Source: a virus
Lineage: Duplodnaviria > Caudoviricetes
DNA: 55,195 nt
IMG/VR virus record: IMGVR_UViG_3300017735_000009
Location: 1 to 55,195 of that record
Direction: 5' to 3' (one strand)
The notes below the pieces were generated by a model, which saw only the letters and a list, made by a program, of their open reading frames with translations, did no database searches and was not told the origin of the DNA. Shown here in pieces: positions 54,858 to 55,195 of the stretch. Position 1 is the first letter of the stretch. Every line of letters begins with the position of its first letter. A program made the translations under genes and the position numbers.

Positions 54858-55195
54858 AGTGCTAAATTTATTTCTTCCCATGGTAATCCATTGTTCTTGC
54901 CAAAGTGTCCATATACTGTTGTTTGTGTGAGGTCTAATGAAAATAGATCAAACCTATCAACAATACCTTTGGGTGTTAAGTCTACTTTAGAGCAAATCAA
55001 ATCTGCTAAGTCGGTTCTAACTTCACCGTCAGCATATACATAAACACTGGTTGGTTCTTTAACACTAATAGCATAACTTAATTGTACTGTGCAATTTTCT
55101 GCTTTACCTGATGCTACAATGTTCTTTGCCAAATAGCGAGCCATATATGCGGCTGATCGGTCGACTTTAGTACAGTCCTTACCGCTAAATGCACC
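54854..55195 (-). CDS. metK: S-adenosylmethionine synthetase, C-terminal part (start outside the window)
   Basis: GAFSGKDCTKVDRSAAYMARYLAKNIVA...YGHFG...PWE. Confidence 0.95.
   Translation of the reverse strand, partial: GAFSGKDCTKVDRSAAYMARYLAKNIVASGKAENCTVQLSYAISVKEPTSVYVYADGEVRTDLADLICSKVDLTPKGIVDRFDLFSLDLTQTTVYGHFGKNNGLPWEEINLAL

Noticed and set aside
55064-55066. MetK SYAISV instead of the usual SYAIGV
   Set aside because: This is a single-base difference that cannot be separated from a variant or sequencing error.
1-55195. Bacterial chromosome or prophage origin suggested by many housekeeping genes
   Set aside because: Polymerase B with clamp and loader, TAAATA late motifs, fibres, spanins and dense small ORFs indicate a lytic phage; no integrase or bacterial operon context was seen.
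1-55195. Stop-codon reassignment or a suppressor tRNA
   Set aside because: Conserved genes are full length in the standard code, all three stops are used and no CUA/UCA anticodon was found.
1-55195. CRISPR array, reverse transcriptase/DGR or IS element
   Set aside because: No spaced 25-45 bp repeats, RT motif or transposase were seen; the long repeats are protein-coding.

Overview
This is a 55 kb segment of a large (jumbo-type) lytic dsDNA tailed phage, probably marine with a proteobacterial host (inference). It is gene-dense, uses the standard code, and almost all genes are on the minus strand. Replication genes include a family B DNA polymerase, sliding clamp, clamp loader and a DnaE fragment. 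It has five CCA-ending tRNAs, three very large virion proteins (one with collagen repeats), a spanin-like pair and proteostasis genes (ClpA, ClpP, DnaJ, GroES-like). Auxiliary metabolic genes include metK, speD, nadE, guaC, phoH, fdxA, iscA, a SufE-like gene, cytochrome c, two radical SAM enzymes, 2OG-Fe(II) oxygenases, a glycosyltransferase, a nucleotide-sugar dehydrogenase and a TorF-like porin. The most notable observations are: (1) an orphan MjaI-family (CTAG-type) restriction endonuclease in a window where I found no CTAG site by eye; (2) systematic avoidance of GCWGC and context-restricted AGCT; (3) QueD-like and TGT/DpdA-like genes beside the replisome, suggesting 7-deazaguanine DNA modification; (4) a ~190-nt structured leader RNA ahead of a small CxxxxxC membrane peptide. 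All calls come from reading motifs by eye; no searches were run.
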